DNA of 64,000 bases from a virus: positions 4,002 through 68,001 of IMG/VR virus record IMGVR_UViG_3300042539_000668. One strand, written 5' to 3'. The notes beneath the pieces were generated by a model that was not told the DNA's origin, searched no databases, and saw only the letters and a program-made list of their open reading frames with translations. Of the stretch, positions 63,736-64,000 are shown one piece after another; the stretch's first letter is position 1, and each line of letters opens with the position of its first letter. The translations under genes and the position numbers were made by a program.

Positions 63736-64000
63736 TCAGTTAGTAGCCAACTGGAACAACTCTTGAGCGTCTCTTTGTGCGTTTACTTGAAGATTCGTGC
63801 CATCTCCCTGCTTCCAAGCAATGTACTGCAAGGCCCAATCTGCCAACGTGCGCTTCATGCTCTGCGGGAACGGGATGTCAACAGTGTTAAAGTTCGTCCC
63901 CGTAAGTTCGGTGGGGTTGGCCAAATAACTAATTCCAACAAGTGAGCTTTTGGTCACGCTCTTTGGCAGAACGCGAAGTTCTCCAAGCCCGCTACCATAA
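63736..64000 (-). CDS. Structural (ring-like) protein, 5' part outside the window
   Basis: Frame is open to the window edge; YL..P......P...L...AL motif. Confidence 0.55.
   Translation of the reverse strand, partial: YGSGLGELRVLPKSVTKSSLVGISYLANPTELTGTNFNTVDIPFPQSMKRTLADWALQYIAWKQGDGTNLQVNAQRDAQELFQLATN

Noticed and set aside
1-64000. Stop-codon reassignment as in some crAss-like phages
   Set aside because: Very long ORFs are intact in code 11, and TAG, TGA and TAA all end genes at sensible boundaries.

Overview
This window is most of the genome of a tailed dsDNA phage of a Bacteroidota host. Supporting evidence: many TAnnTTTG -7 promoters, SD-less A/C-rich initiation regions and a DUF6371-type primase. 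Layout: (1) 1-5080 minus: large terminase and a portal running off the left edge. (2) 5.1-10.9 kb: small and accessory structural genes. (3) 10.9-12.7 kb: mostly non-coding zone with an iteron-like array, AT-rich patch, G-tract stretch and tandem repeats (probable origin and/or genome end). (4) 12.7-21 kb plus: an early region that opens with a ~620-nt ORF-free structured RNA candidate. Its small genes are separated by several repeated elements: three minimal tRNA-like elements, five copies of a palindrome, a covarying stem motif, a conserved hairpin, a type I hammerhead ribozyme and a second ~280-nt RNA candidate. (5) 21.2-30.8 kb plus: replication/recombination genes (SSB, alphaCTD-like, DnaA-domain-IV-like, initiator, DnaB, primase, RusA-like, HNH); no DNA polymerase or integrase is seen. 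(6) 30.8-64 kb minus: lysis, fibre, ejection and crAss-like/podoviral tail genes. These include a 2755-aa polyvalent protein (zincin, SAM-lyase-like, HhH-glycosylase-like and ART modules separated by a repeated linker), a ferritin and an HNH-AP2 homing endonuclease that duplicates the C-terminus of its neighbour. Capsid genes are presumably outside the window. All calls are by eye from motifs; no database searches were run.
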